A stretch of 64,000 nucleotides of DNA from Utricularia gibba (taxonomy: Eukaryota; Plantae; Magnoliophyta): the NCBI GenBank assembly GCA_002189035.1, contig NEEC01000018.1, positions 620,001 to 684,000 of the forward strand. The letters run 5' to 3'. The position numbers and the translations under genes are program-made. The notes under the pieces were generated by a model. That model was not told where the DNA came from and did no database searches. It saw only the letters and a list, made by a program, of their open reading frames with translations. Shown here piece by piece: positions 25,301 through 38,600 of this stretch. The first letter of the stretch is position 1, and each line of letters starts with the position of its first letter.

Positions 25301-26424
25301 GAGGCTTCAAGTCTACTCGCCGCATCCATCAGGTAACTCTCGTTTCTATTTACAAAACGCTTTCACATTCAAAATTATTTTAGCTAACTATGTGATTTTG
25401 TGTTTTTCTTTTGCAGCATTTCTTTCCATTTTCCAAATAAAAAGAGTCCTTCTGAAGCCCCGGATTATATTCAAAATTCAATTTCATAAGGTCTTCCTAG
25501 CACCAACCGCTTTCTCTGCTCCGATGTTATTAACTCCCGTGATTTCCATGTGGCTAAATCGCTGTTATTCAATCTACTTCAATGTTATATGTGGTGAATG
25601 GCGATTCAATTGCTTCTTTATTTACCAACTTTAACAGTAACCATATTAACGGGGAAATCACGTAAATCTGAAGGCTAACACTTACATTCCGAATTGCGTG
25701 ATGCGGCCAAGACGAATGGCAACAGCATTGATCTTCCGATTGATATTATGAAAATAAATGAGGCTTTTGGAAACCTGAAGAAAAATGATAGCTCAATAAA
25801 TCCTCCATTTTTTCTGATGCATGAAAATGGTAGAATGACAAGTTCCCTAAAAAAGAATGATGTCTTCTTAACGCAAAATATGAAGAGTGTCGCAAAATAT
25901 TATGATAACAAGCCCTTAATTTCTCATGAAATTACATTAGGTCAAAACGGTCATGATTTCACCAACTCATAATCAAGCCCTACCCCCTATTTTCTCCACG
26001 GTAGGTTACATTATATAAGTTAAGTAATTAAATAGATCTAGTGATATATCAGTATTTGTGGTAGCAGGTGGGGAATTGGTAGGGGGAGTGGGTGAATCAA
26101 AGTGGCAGCCTGTTTATAGATATAGTTTGATTTTTCTGCTATACTCTTCCTTCATAAAATAATAATTGCTCGAATACAATCTTCCATGGTGAATAAGAAG
26201 GGTCATGGCGCAAATTGAGGCATATTATAAAGAGTTGTTAGTGTGTCGGTTGTTATGAAAACTGAACCGACCCAATCAACCAGGTTTTTTAGGGTTTTGC
26301 TTGTTGATAGGTTTGGGAGGATTGCAATGAGCATCTAGAGAAAGAAAAATATTCATATGATAAAATAATGGACTGCATCGTTCCAACGCAATTTAGACAT
26401 ACTTTTGAGAGTATTCGTTTACAG

Positions 26425-27140
26425 GATTAGACCAAATTGTCAAGCCTGAGTGCTCTCCCTGTTGAAGCTGACCGAGTTGAGGTGTTTGCGGCGAATCTCA
26501 AGGATACCAACTGTACAAATCAAGTGGGAAGCCACATGAGTTGGACGAGTGGCTGCCAGGCTGGAAGATGACATTGGACAAATCAAAATATTATCATGGA
26601 ATAACATCTTCACACCATTGGAAGAGGGCACATGGTAAATTAGTTCTCTTTTTTTTGTGTCAATTCTGTTGTTTTTATGTTTATAAAAGGCTGATGTTCA
26701 CAGCTTCTAAGATCATTCTTCGCTTACAATAAATCAATTTCCTTTTGGTTATTCTTCGATGCAAAACTCTCATTTTTTTTTAAATACAATCACTTGAGAG
26801 TTCATTCTATCTTTTGTCTATGACAAATACTTCATTAAATTTTTAAAACATTTATAGCTTTCCATTCAAGTACGATTTACAGTCTAATTTCGTTGGTGGG
26901 TTGCATCCTTTTTTGATGATTCCACCTCACAACCAAAATTTGAAATTGAAAGGAGCAGTAGATATTCGACTGTTTAGTATATCAATTCGTCAACCCAAAC
27001 AGGAAGTCTTCATGATATGGGGACAGCATTTGCAAGAGACAGCAGTTGTAGCCCACCATTTGGAATTTATCTCTTTCAGCTTGCCACCAGAGTTCGTATC
27101 ACGACATTTCAAGACCATGTGATAGCTATTGATCAGTTGT
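26425..27140 (+). pseudogene. Unidentified exon-like coding remnant(s)
   Basis: A 210-nt segment is bounded by TTTACAG| (26424) and ATG|GTAAAT (26635). One frame reads IRPNCQA*VLSLLKLTELRCLRRISRIPTVQIKWEAT*VGRVAARLEDDIGQIKILSWNNIFTPLEEGTW. A second open stretch, GSLHDMGTAFARDSSCSPPFGIYLFQLATRV, lies near 27000. The family was not recognised. Confidence 0.3.
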
Positions 27141-29119
27141 TTTCATATTTCTTTCTTCTGGTGGGGTTTGGAGGGAGCAGGTTATAACGTAAGAAACTGA
27201 AATTTGACATCTAGGTGAGTAGACCACTTTTTTGCTCCCAAATTTTGGATTTTTAGGCGTGTTTGCTCAAAATTTCAAAGGTTTCTAAATTTATTTATCT
27301 TGCATTCTAGACCATGTTCTAAATTTTAGAACTAAACAAATTAGAATACGAGCAAAAAATTAAAACTAAATCAATTATAATGTCTTCGAAAATAAACATT
27401 TTAATAAAGTTTTTATAACATTAATCGAGAGAATCCAACAATAATTGTTTTATTATTAACACAATAAATGAAGTAACCTATACATACATCTAAATTAGGG
27501 GTTGTTCGAACGATCTTTTACTGTCCTACGAAACTCTTATTGCCGTCCATCTTAATAATCTATAATTTTGTATTTTTCATGTTTCGTTATATATATTATT
27601 AGAAATTAATGATAAATTTTGATATTAAAAAAAAGAATAGGATCAAACAATAGCTCAACTCGGGAATCGGGATTAGATCTTTCTTTTGTCAACTAGAAAA
27701 AGGAGTTTATCCTTCGTTTTTTTCACAATTTCCAACATGTAGTCATTTAATCAGCCACTAATAACATATAGAAATTTAAATTTTAATTCTCAGTGGAACG
27801 AACGGCTCTTATTCAGTCACACCGAAAACGTCAACTTTGATAGGCAAAGATTCATTTTTATAGGAAAAATAATTGTTTTTCCTGATTGAATTTAGAGTAA
27901 TCGATTCTAAATTTATTGGGAAAATATTTTCCCATCATATCGGTCGTAATCAGAGTCAAATATTTCAAATATTTAGCATCTTTAAATTTTGGTTTTTGGG
28001 GTCTTTTATTTAATAAAGTGGTTGATAACAAATTTTAAATTAAACCGATTATTTAATTTAAAAATGATTTTAGATAAATTTAAATCTTTTATAGGTGTTT
28101 ATTGAAGATAAAAGAAAGAGTATGATTTATGTTAAATTTTCTGTATGCAGTTATCCAACGTATTTAAATCTATGTATCAAACAACCTTCAAATTGAAATT
28201 TCGTAAACTGTATCTTATCTTAAGCCATATAACTAAAATTTTAAACAAACTACTTGGCACTAGATTTAGGCAGTATTTGGTACTTGGGTTTGGATTCGGA
28301 CATGATTTAGATTATTAGAATTTCTTCAAAGAAAGTTTTAGAGGTATCAATTGGAAGCCATCCACACTACTGGTGTGCTTTGTTGGGTTGACATGGAGGG
28401 TTTTATGGGAAAGAAAATGTTTTTCCATTTCGTTGGCTAGTTAATTTATCTGTGAATAAAGAAAAATCATCAAAATCGATAAAAAAACATTAGGATTTGG
28501 TGGATTTTATTTTTATCATGAGAGAAAGAACAAAAAAATATTAATAAAATACGATTTCTCTCAAATCATTTCTTCATGATAAAGAACCAAAATTCATTGG
28601 TCTATCTCATTGATGTCTATTTATATATTTGGATGGGAATTTTTTCAATATTTAATATAAGATTGTTGCTACTTTTTTTCAATCGGTTCTGCCGTGAACT
28701 TTTTTCCTTTTACTTCCCTTGATATTCCACATATAAATGCTAGCCCAATTGTCATACCAAGGCAACAACTCCAGAATAAGTAAACAACAGCATACAAAAA
28801 TCTTAGAAAAAGGATTGTTGTTCATGCCAAAGTGTAGAAAAGTTAGATTTGACAATTAGTATGTAGTTATGTAGTTTACATATACAAAAACCTTAAAACT
28901 CACATACTAAACACATTTGTGTTTTTAAACCCATAAGGCTCATTTGAAAATATCTAAATAAATTTAACACTAGTATCAAATAAGCCCTAAATGAATTTAT
29001 TGAAATTGAATTTGAGTGAAAAATGAATAAATGTCACCACGAATGGAGAAAAAACACCGCACTCAATTAAGAGCTTGTTTAGCCGGAAATCAAATATTAT
29101 CACTACTATAGATGCAATC

Positions 29120-29300
29120 AAGACGAAAGGCCCATCCATAATAATTTTCATTATTCATAGTTGGGCTAACTGGAAGCCCATGGATTTTGAAATTTTAGAA
29201 TTCCCCAGGCCCGAATTCGTTGGGTGTAGGGTTGCAGTAATTAAGATAATCGGCACCAGCATTCTTCTTCGTTCTCGGTGGCCATCTCAAAAAAGCCCTA
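29120..29300 (+). promoter_or_regulatory. SmD1 promoter: site II motifs and telo-box-like elements; 5'UTR intron at 29311-29525
   Basis: GGCCCA, TGGGCT and AGCCCA lie near 29130-29185, and TAGGGTT near 29227. The donor is CAG|GTGCGT at 29311 and the acceptor GCTCACAG at 29525. Confidence 0.5.
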
Positions 29301-29565
29301 ACTCAGGCAGGTGCGTGTTGCAGGGGCTTGTCTCCGGGTGTTGATTCATTTCATCATTTTATTTTGCATTTACATTTTAACTTTTGTCGTTGGGCTAATG
29401 GCGATTTTCTACATTGAATTGGTGTAGTTCGACCGTGGTTAAATTTTTTCAGTATGGACGTCATTTTTCGCCATTCTTGTATTTGCGAACTTAATGAGTT
29501 TTGTTGCAAATTTCTTTGCTCACAGAAAATTTTTGGACGCAAGTCCAATTCGTCATCGAGTTAAC

Positions 29566-30514
29566 ATGAAGCTCGTAAGGTGCGGGTTCACTTTTTCGTT
29601 TTGTTATTTAGGTATTGAAATTTATTGTACAGTGGTAACTAATTTTGCAGGTTTTTGATGAAACTGACGAATGAGACTGTTTCTCTTGAGCTCAAGAATG
29701 GCACTGTTGTCCATGGTACCATTATAGGTAAATTCTTCCACCTCTTTATGGCTTTCGAGTTCTTTTCTTCCACCTGAGTTGTTCTTATGTCCTTTTGAGC
29801 ATTTTTACTTTGTAATTTAGAAGAGGAACTACTAGTGCTTGAAGCAACATAGAGTGTTATAAACCGTAAAAAGGCAGTTTGGAAGTATGCCCCATTTTTG
29901 TCAATTAAGATGTTGGCATCGAAATGGTTCATTAGTTTTGATAACACGCTGCACGTACGCATTGTAGATTGATTCCCGTATGTCTACAAAGGGACATCTA
30001 ATGGTAGTGAATTGGAAAAATAGGACGATTTTTAACTTTTCTGTTTAGAAAAAAAGTACTGGTGTTGAATTGATGGCATTAATTTGGGAAAAAGAGTTTA
30101 CAGTCATTAAAAATGCTGCCATATCCTGAAATGTCTAAGAATAAGCACCCGTGGTGCTAACAGGTGTTGATGTCAGCATGAACACCCACTTGAAGACTGT
30201 GAAACTGACACTGAAGGGAAAGAACCCCATCACCCTTGATCATCTAAGCGTTAGGGGAAATAACATCCGCTATTATATTCTCCCGGACAGCTTAAACCTT
30301 GAAACTTTACTTGTTGAGGAGACTCCAAGGGTCAAGCCAAAGAAGCCAACTACAGGTACACATCATTCACATATTCCAACTAGATATGGGTTCCCTCGTA
30401 CCCTGATGTGAAGTATTATTGTTTTATCTGATGATGCTATCGCAAAAATACAGGGAGACCAGTGGGACGAGGTCGGGCAGAGGACGTGGCCGTGGGCGTG
30501 GTCGAGGGCGTTAG
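29566..30514 (+). CDS. SmD1: Small nuclear ribonucleoprotein Sm D1; exons 29566-29579, 29651-29727, 30164-30355, 30454-30514; 1-bp frameshift in the last exon
   Basis: The product is [102 protein letters not shown]. Adding one G at about 30476 completes (GR)n* and gives 114 aa. Confidence 0.93.
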
Positions 30515-31688
30515 CTGCTGCCGTTGCTCCGATCCTTGGTTTTCAGTTGCAAAATGAAGAAGGTTTTTCTTCACTAGCTATGTGTTAATGATGTTTCGCT
30601 GACTGCCCTTGTTTAAGAAAGGGTGTAACATCCATGTGGAGACTGTAGATGCAACAATGTTTCTTGAGCATCCGTGCGAAGAAGGGTTGTGCGGTTTTCC
30701 ATTTTTTTACTCTCTGACATTGAAAGCATGCGTAGTGCAGTAATAGATGAAAAATGGGAAGTGATGGGGGACAGTCGTTTGGAATCTGATATGGATTAAA
30801 TCAGATGATGTTAATCCTGTGTAGCTCCCAAAATTTTAAGCTATGTTTTAAAACCCAGTCGAAGATCAACGACCGCATACAAAAATGGGTTTATTAGGGA
30901 GTTTTTAATAATTTTTAATCTTTTCTGTTCGTCTTATTCCTTTTTCACGAATAAGATATTATTAATTTCTTATTTTCATTATTGAAAATTTATTGCATCA
31001 TGGGTAAAGTTTGTATTTGTTTTCTGATCTTTGATTTATAATCTTTAGAGTGTGTTTGGTTTGTATATATGAAATGGATATAAGTGAGTTAATAAAATAT
31101 ATCTTTATTTGGTATATTACTAAATGTTTAACTAGTATTTAAATCAAAACTCATAAAATTCTTCATAAATTCAATTTGAGGGTATATATTAAATCCATTA
31201 GTTATATGGATTTTGAGAATACCAAATTTAACTTTTGACAATTTTTACTTTTTAATTACCCAAAAATTGAAAAAATAAAATGAATTATTGCAACAAGCAA
31301 GGAAGACTGGCGACAATTATCTTTGTAAAGAGGGTTGAATGGCCAACTTGGATGTGAATGGTTGGAAGATTGATGCCAATCAATAGAATCAAATGATGGT
31401 AAATTGTTGAGGACCTCAGCAATCCCTAGGACCATCCTCAATCAAGATAAAATTTACATACAATAATTTCAATTTTTATTTTGTGTATAACCTAATAATT
31501 TTATAATGGATAAAATACTTATTGTATTTAGTTATTAACATTAATCAAATTATTTGATTAGAAAATTATTATTTTTCTAACTTATGTCTTTTATTTACAA
31601 TATTGATATGTCATACGAACGAGAGTTGATTTTTTTACAAATGTCAAGTTTGATTATATTGAAATACATCTTCATTATGTATTTGATA

Positions 31689-32062
31689 TAGTGTTTTAAA
31701 ATCATGGGTTCGACCCATGGTTCGACCCGATTAAGTCCAAATCCATACTTTTATGGGTTGGATCTAATTCAATTCTTTTACTTTCATTTTTTTTTTTTTT
31801 AAATTTTTTATATATTATTTGAATAAGATAATAAACCATTAAAATGATTTAATGTAATATTATCAATTTTTTATGTATATATATTTAATTTTTCTATATT
31901 TTTAGTATTTTGATAATTAAAGTATGCTTTTATATTTATAATTTAATATTTTAATAAATATAATTAAAATTTATCGAATCCGGTTCAACCCATATTAAAA
32001 ATGGGTTCAACCCAAACCATAACAAAACGGTTCAATGGGTTTAACCCGTTTTTAAAACACTG
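31689..32062. mobile_element. 374-bp hAT-type MITE inserted in the 5' part of the Harbinger transposase
   Basis: The TIRs are TAGTGTTTTAAAA and TTTTAAAACACTG. The perfect 8-bp TSD ATTTGATA is at 31681-31688 and 32063-32070. Subterminal GGTTCRACCC repeats are present. Confidence 0.92.
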
Positions 32063-34528
32063 ATTTGATATCAATACGAGATAATGCTCCATATATATGT
32101 TACAGATACTTTATGTTGAATCGAATACTAAAGCAAATATCAAACTTGAGTAATTTAATCAATGATTACAACAACATTGCATTAGAAGAAGTGAGAATGG
32201 ACAATCATGTTTTTGGGAGATTATATTACATATTGAAGAATTATGTTCAATTATGTAGTTCAAAATATGTCTCTATAAGTGAAATTGTAACTTAATTTCT
32301 TGGTGTCTTGGTACATCATCACAAGCAACATGTAAAAAAAGGAAATTATAGGAGATCAATTTAGATAATTAGCAAAAATTTTCATAAAATATTTTCAATA
32401 GTTCTAAGTCTTCATGATAAATTTCTTATAAAGCCACAATCATATAATGAAGATATATCATATGACTTCAAGTATTTTTTGATATGTATATTAATTGTAT
32501 TGTTATATTGTTATATTTTATAATATTAATATGAAAATATTAAATATATAGAATTTTGTAGAACCTTTAGGTAATACATATATCAATGTCAGAGTTTACA
32601 CAAGTATGAGGTGATGTATATGATCTACTATTTGTAGCATATCCTTCCCAATCACTAAGAGTATATATAAAATTTAACTTGATATCACAAACTCCTAAAA
32701 TATTTATTGAGATAGTTGAGTGCTACGTGATGCTCTTACAAGAGAAAATGAATTACACGTGCGCAAAGTTAAAGTTTAACATTATCATATATTAGTAATG
32801 CTCAATTCTTAAATGTATTGTACATCAATTTATTTTGTAAGAAATTACTTATTATGTGATAACAATTATATCAACAGTGAAAGTTGTTTGACACTTTATC
32901 ACAATACTCATTATCAATTGAAAGAATTTGGTGCAAAAAATCAAGTCCCTTAGAATGCCAAAGAATTATTTAATATGAGATATGCAAAGATATAAAATGT
33001 TATTGAGTGAGCATGAGCTATATTGAAAATGCATTGAGGTATTCTACCCCATTAAGACTCAAAATCATATTATTTTGTCATGTATTTTACTGTATAACTT
33101 CATACATATGAAAATGACGTATGATTCAATAGAAACAGAAATCCCATGAGAAAAACAACAATGAAGATAATGAATAAAATAAACATCAGGAAATATTTAT
33201 TTTCGAGATTGAGTCATCACAAGTATGGATAAGTTGAAGGGATGATATCTAAAACAATATATAGAATTCATATATGAGAATTTAAATGTGAAAATAATGT
33301 TATTGATATTATTTTCATTATGACATTGATTATTGAAAAAATAAGGATCACATATTTCATTATGACATTGATTATTGAAAAATGACATAAATACTTATAA
33401 CCAAAAGTTGTTTCTATGAACAAACACTAATTAGTTCAAGTTTGCATGTTTAAATAAAATAAAAGTACTCAAGGGTGATTTCACCTCACATGCAATATTT
33501 TAACATCTACCAAATAATTCATAGTAGAGGTTTTGAATAATTTCTACACGAGCTGGAATACTTGCCTAGAGATGTAAAAATGTTCTCACAAATTTTGGTT
33601 AACTAAGAAATTGAGATTTAAATAGGTATACTTCGAATGCATCGAGTAACTTCACGTTGTTGCTCTTACACTTAGCACCTCCCAATTTAAAGACAATTGC
33701 TTCTATGGCAACAGTTGTTCGCTTGTCAAAACCTTTAAACTCCATCATAAAATATGAGTTTCTTATCGACTTTTTCCATTTCTTGTTGCTCTTGCTCTGA
33801 GAATTGGCGTCTAGTGATCCAATGTCATCAAAAAAAAGTATTAGAGTCTGTTGTGACTATAGTAAAAGCATCATTTCTCCCATAATAATGTGATGATGAT
33901 GATACAAATATTTCTAAGGGTGCAAAAGCTTGTTGTGCTGCATCATGTAATCCAACAACCACTTCCCTAATTGCACGATCCTTGCCAAAAATTTCAGACC
34001 CAATATCAAACAAAGACCAAGTCTTCATATATGACTATCACAAATATATACAAATGATATAATGATATGTATAAATAATCAGTATGCTAATATGTTAATA
34101 TCATACGGTTTCTATTTTATCCCACAACTCAGGAGCATCATCAATCATATTAGTTGTTGGATTCCATCTTATCCCACGTTGGAATAGAATTTCTAAAAGT
34201 AAATAATATTGTGTCTTTCAATTATCAACTTTGGAACTAATGCATGATTGACACGTAAATCAATTCCTGATTGGAACTTCAATTGATCCATGATATCTTG
34301 TTCAAAAATCATTTTCAGCTTTCCATCCTTCTTCAATAGTTGTTTTCAATGTTACCACTAATTATTTTTCATCTTGTGAACTCTTTTGACATTTTTTTTA
34401 TTGATTATATAAGAATTCATAACTCACAATTTGGAAAAATTAATATAAATAATATTGATCAATAAATACACTATAGTAATAATATTATATGTTGTTATTA
34501 ATAGAGATTTGTGGCTTAGTAATGTATC

Positions 34529-34752
34529 GTGCCATCAATGATGATGCTTTGGAAATACACGCCATCACTAATGGTGCTTTAGAAATACATGCCGCAGAGC
34601 GCCATCACTCATGACGCTTCGGAATCGGTGCAGCATGGCACTATCATTGATGGTGCCTTTCTACATGGCACCATCAATGATGGCGCCTTGCAGCAAGGTG
34701 CCATCCGTAGTGGCACCTCGCTACGTTCTCCCCTCCCATTCTTGATGGCACC
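34529..34752. repeat. Array of about 7 imperfect 21-bp palindromes, GGCRCCATC-N3-GATGGYGCC
   Basis: Units start at about 34529, 34559, 34599, 34637, 34667, 34697 and 34730 (spacing 30, 40, 38, 30, 30). It forms a GC-rich island in an AT-rich context. Confidence 0.85.
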
Positions 34753-35689
34753 TTGTTGGCTTATTGCATCCTCTCATTACCTTCATCTTATATATACCCT
34801 CCATCATCCTTCATGTGTTGCATGTTCAAAATTTTGATTAAAAAATTTTGATAGAATTTTCTGAAAAAATATTCAACACAAGTGAAATTGTATTATTAAT
34901 GAAATAAAAAAAAACATCATACTTATAGTAATCATAAATAACATAAAAGCTATTTTACAAACAAACATAATAAGAATTGTATTCAAAAAAAGATATTAAC
35001 ATAAAAGATTTGTTATTGATTTCTACATAATGATTATTTAAGCCCATAAATATTTAGAATGAAGTGCACTTATGCATTCTCCCACAATGATGACTCTATG
35101 TCTTGGGGTGTTTGTTCTCCTTTATGAGAGTTGTACCAATGAACTAATACAGGCTCCAATGATGAATCATCGTGATGCTCAATTGCACACCTCAAATCAT
35201 GTAAGATGGAAGTTATCCATATGTCTCAATGATGAATCATCATTATGCTCAAATACACACATCAAATAAAAAAAATTGAAATCATCCTCACGCAAGATTG
35301 AAAATTGGTTTACAAGAAGTTATATTTAATGAATTGTACGTGATTACTATAAGTTATTCTTAATTAGGGATAAACCCTAAATGACTCAATTTCATGTAAT
35401 CAAGGTAAAAATAAGGATTAATAATTCATTTAGTTCATAATATTATTTTGATAATTTAAATATAAAATAACTAGTATCAAAAAAATTGAATGAATTAATC
35501 TTAATACATTAACCAAACAATATTTGGGCTTAACTCATCTATATCCAAATAATTTATATCAAAATTATTTAAATTCAATCAATATATTTATGACCAACCA
35601 AATGCACCTCTAGTTTTTTGGAGAAATTTTTTTATAAATAGTGTTTGATAGAGATGGAAGTTTAGGTTAATGTCCATTTGAGAGTTTTA

Positions 35690-38600
35690 CTAAGTGTTTG
35701 GTTTTGAGTTGAGCTGTATACTCAATGAAGTTAATGCAATAAATGGATGGCTTTAGGTGTTTGGATACTCCAAATAATGTGTTGAGTTGAATTCAACACT
35801 TGTTGAATCCAACACTTAAGTTGTGTTGGATTTAACCCAACTTATGTTAGAATAAGTAATTACATAAATATCCCTGATTTTTCTATAAAAACCGACAAAA
35901 AAAAACATTTTTACACTTCAACACTTATGCTCATTTTGGAGTTCCATTGGCAGCATTTACATCCAAGTTCCGTCGTTGTTGATTCGACTAAAAAATTTCA
36001 AGGTGATTCAAAACGTTTATGTTTGATTTAGTGTCCTCTCAAGCTCATATTCATTTGAACAGAGTTATTTTCCAGATCTAAATTGGGTTTTCAAATTATT
36101 TTAGGTTTACACATGATGTTTTTGTTAATGAATTGTGATTCAAACTCCATGAATTTTTTTCTTTTTTTTTTTTTGCTATTGTGGAAGCATAGAGAATGTT
36201 CTGCTCTTTCAAAATGAGTACACTAGAAGTTGAAAAAGGAGAAAACAAAGCTTTTTAGAGTGATGCAAATAAGAGCAAGAAGCAGAACCACAAATAACAA
36301 AGTGATATCAAATAGCTACACTATTCAACAATTAGGATATAAATGTAATAATGAGAAAAGATTGAATGACATTCAAGAAGTTGTTATTGGATGTTAAATC
36401 TAGTTGAAAGTATGAAGACGGAGGTGCTATTAAAGTTGCGATGGTTAAGGGAGGAGAATAGCAATTAGTCTTCCATTATGTTTCTATTTTATTGTTTTGT
36501 TCCTAGTTATTAAGCATTTATTTGATAAATAATTAGTATTTCGAATTTGAATTATTTTTTCCATCTCAAAACAACTTTACTTGATCTTATATCCCAATAG
36601 TGAATCCACCCTAATATTGCATAATGCAACAGTAATTTCTACAAGATGAAATACAAATTTATTGAAGTTCATACAGCTCACCGTTGCATCATCAAAAATA
36701 GAGATTGATTGAATATAATTATTTATTATTTCAATGGCATTTCACTGTATATTTGCTCACTGTACTTTGGTCACTAAATCCTCCTTAAAGCAATTCTCTC
36801 CATCATTTGCTCTGTGCCCATTCATTGATGGAATATAGTTCTCTTACATTTTGAAATGGTAGTATTCCATGTTATTTTTTTTTAATAAAGTTGTAAATTT
36901 TAGTAGTAGCTAAAATTATCTTTATTTGATTATCAAAATTGTAACCCCATGGAAATTCAGTTATATTAGGAAATTTCTCTTTCCACACTCCAAAAGTTCG
37001 CTTGATTGTCAGCCACAACGACGAGTGTCAATGATTGAAGAGCTCTTGCAGGGTAACATACTCGATGGTATCAGCAAATTGACTCAAATGATATTTGCAA
37101 TGGGGATAAGCTTTCATAAATCCCTTCCTAAGTGGATATCTAGAGTTGGCAAGATAAAATTTTCCTTCCACTAGTATTGGAAAACCCTCCTCAATACTCT
37201 GATTACATCGTTCAAGATTTGGCTATCATGAAATGCTTATTCGAATTCAGTAGTAACAAATGTAAAGCACATATCAAAATCACAAGTTGCTAATATGTTT
37301 TGGATAGGCTTTCCAGATTTCCCATAAAAGTGAACTTGCTCTATTTTAGGCATCTTCGCAGGAATTTGAATGCTGCCACTGCTTCTAGAGAACTGATAAA
37401 CGATGTTTTTCCTAATATCGTTGCAAATAAAAATAGAAAATCCGTATCAAATAAATTTATAATCCCTAATCTACACAAATTACAAATTTGGAAAACTTGT
37501 ATAGTGGATATCGGGGTCGATCACGAAGAGTTTGTGCTTGCTAAGTGTTTTAGTACATGCATAATTTCGGATAACAGTAGGCCTTAGTCTAAGCTCGGAC
37601 CAACAGTGGTAAACAAGTTCGGTAAATAGGATCAGTAAACAATATCAGGTCTTAATGCTAAGGTAACAGGTACTGGTTCTAACTCAAGATAAAACTAATA
37701 TGACTTAAGGATCTACAAGTGGTGTAGTGCCAAAATTCCTAATTTAATCTACCATGTTCCTATACTCACAACTTCAAATAACCTAAGTCTACCCAGGTCA
37801 TTCACCATATTTTCGACTAAGCTAGTCCCCCATATCATCACCAACATTGTAATTAGGTCTACCCGCATGCAAATCATATAGAACTAGGTCTATCTGGTTC
37901 TACTGGTTCTACCCCGGACTAACACCTACTGCTCCCGTCTTGATTTATTGGTCTACCTCTAAATCAAGCATCTAAGTTGTGAAGCTACTTGTTCCCCTCC
38001 TTAGGTCTACCCATGGTTTGATAGAAACAAGAGCTAAGAAACAATGGTCAATTTTATTAAGATTCCTAGACCCACACCACCATGCTTCATCTTAAGTCAC
38101 TCCTATGGTTTAGCTACTCATGCTTTGAAGGTAAAATGTAATGGCATTAACATAAAATAACGAAAATATTGAGAACATCGTGCAGAAGTTTAGTGCAAAA
38201 ACTAAAGATATCAACAAACTAAAAGAAAGCAGTAAGAAGTCTGGTTTCCGTTTGCTATTGTTCTGGGCAGTAGCGTTGAACTGGTTCTTGATCTTCTTCC
38301 TTCACGTTGGAGGTTCTTCTCCAAAAAAATCATTTTTCTTCTTCCTTCTCCTTTCGTATTCTTCTTGTTTGAGTTGGGGTTGGGGGAGAAACCCCCTCGT
38401 GTGTGCCCTCTCTGAAAATTCTAGGGTCAACTCCCTTTTTGCGACTCTCTCTCCTCCTCTCTTCTCTCGCCTCCCATTGCCCAAGTCAAGTACATTCTCT
38501 GATAGATCTACTGCTCCAGGCCCTGACTTGCAGATTGACGCCGTGATAGTGTACTCATTGCCCCCCTACACCCTGGTGACTTGCACGAAATCCAGATTTT

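Larger units (their letters stand above)
31048..35609 (+). mobile_element. Full-length but decayed PIF/Harbinger element (transposase on +, Myb/SANT ORF on -)
   Basis: The TIR-like ends are GAGTGTGTTTGGTT and AACCAAATGCACCT, with flanks TTA/CTA and a shared subterminal motif (TGGATATA..TGAGTTAA). Transposase motifs are RMDNHVFGRL..L...SKYVSISE, LHDKFLIKP and NAKELFNMR (32065-33060). Myb-ORF motifs are EGWKAEND, GIRWNPTTNMI and IFGKDRA (33800-34400, -). Confidence 0.8.

Noticed and set aside
23087-25634. Long Gly/Val-rich antisense ORFs and His-rich alternate-frame ORFs over the extensin
   Set aside because: These are an automatic by-product of stop-free CCN repeats, not independent genes.
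28490-28610. Imperfect inverted repeat (TTTATCATGAGAGAAA ... TTTCTCTC...CATGATAAA)
   Set aside because: It is AT-rich, short and imperfect, most likely a decayed MITE, with no TSD or miRNA-like stem.
17653-30514. Functional cluster of two spliceosomal genes (CWC16, SmD1)
   Set aside because: They are separated by an unrelated extensin and TEs, and splicing genes are numerous enough for chance adjacency.
34529-34752. CRISPR-like repeat-spacer array
   Set aside because: The context is eukaryotic with no cas genes. The linkers are only 9-19 nt and are related to each other, and the repeats are degenerate.
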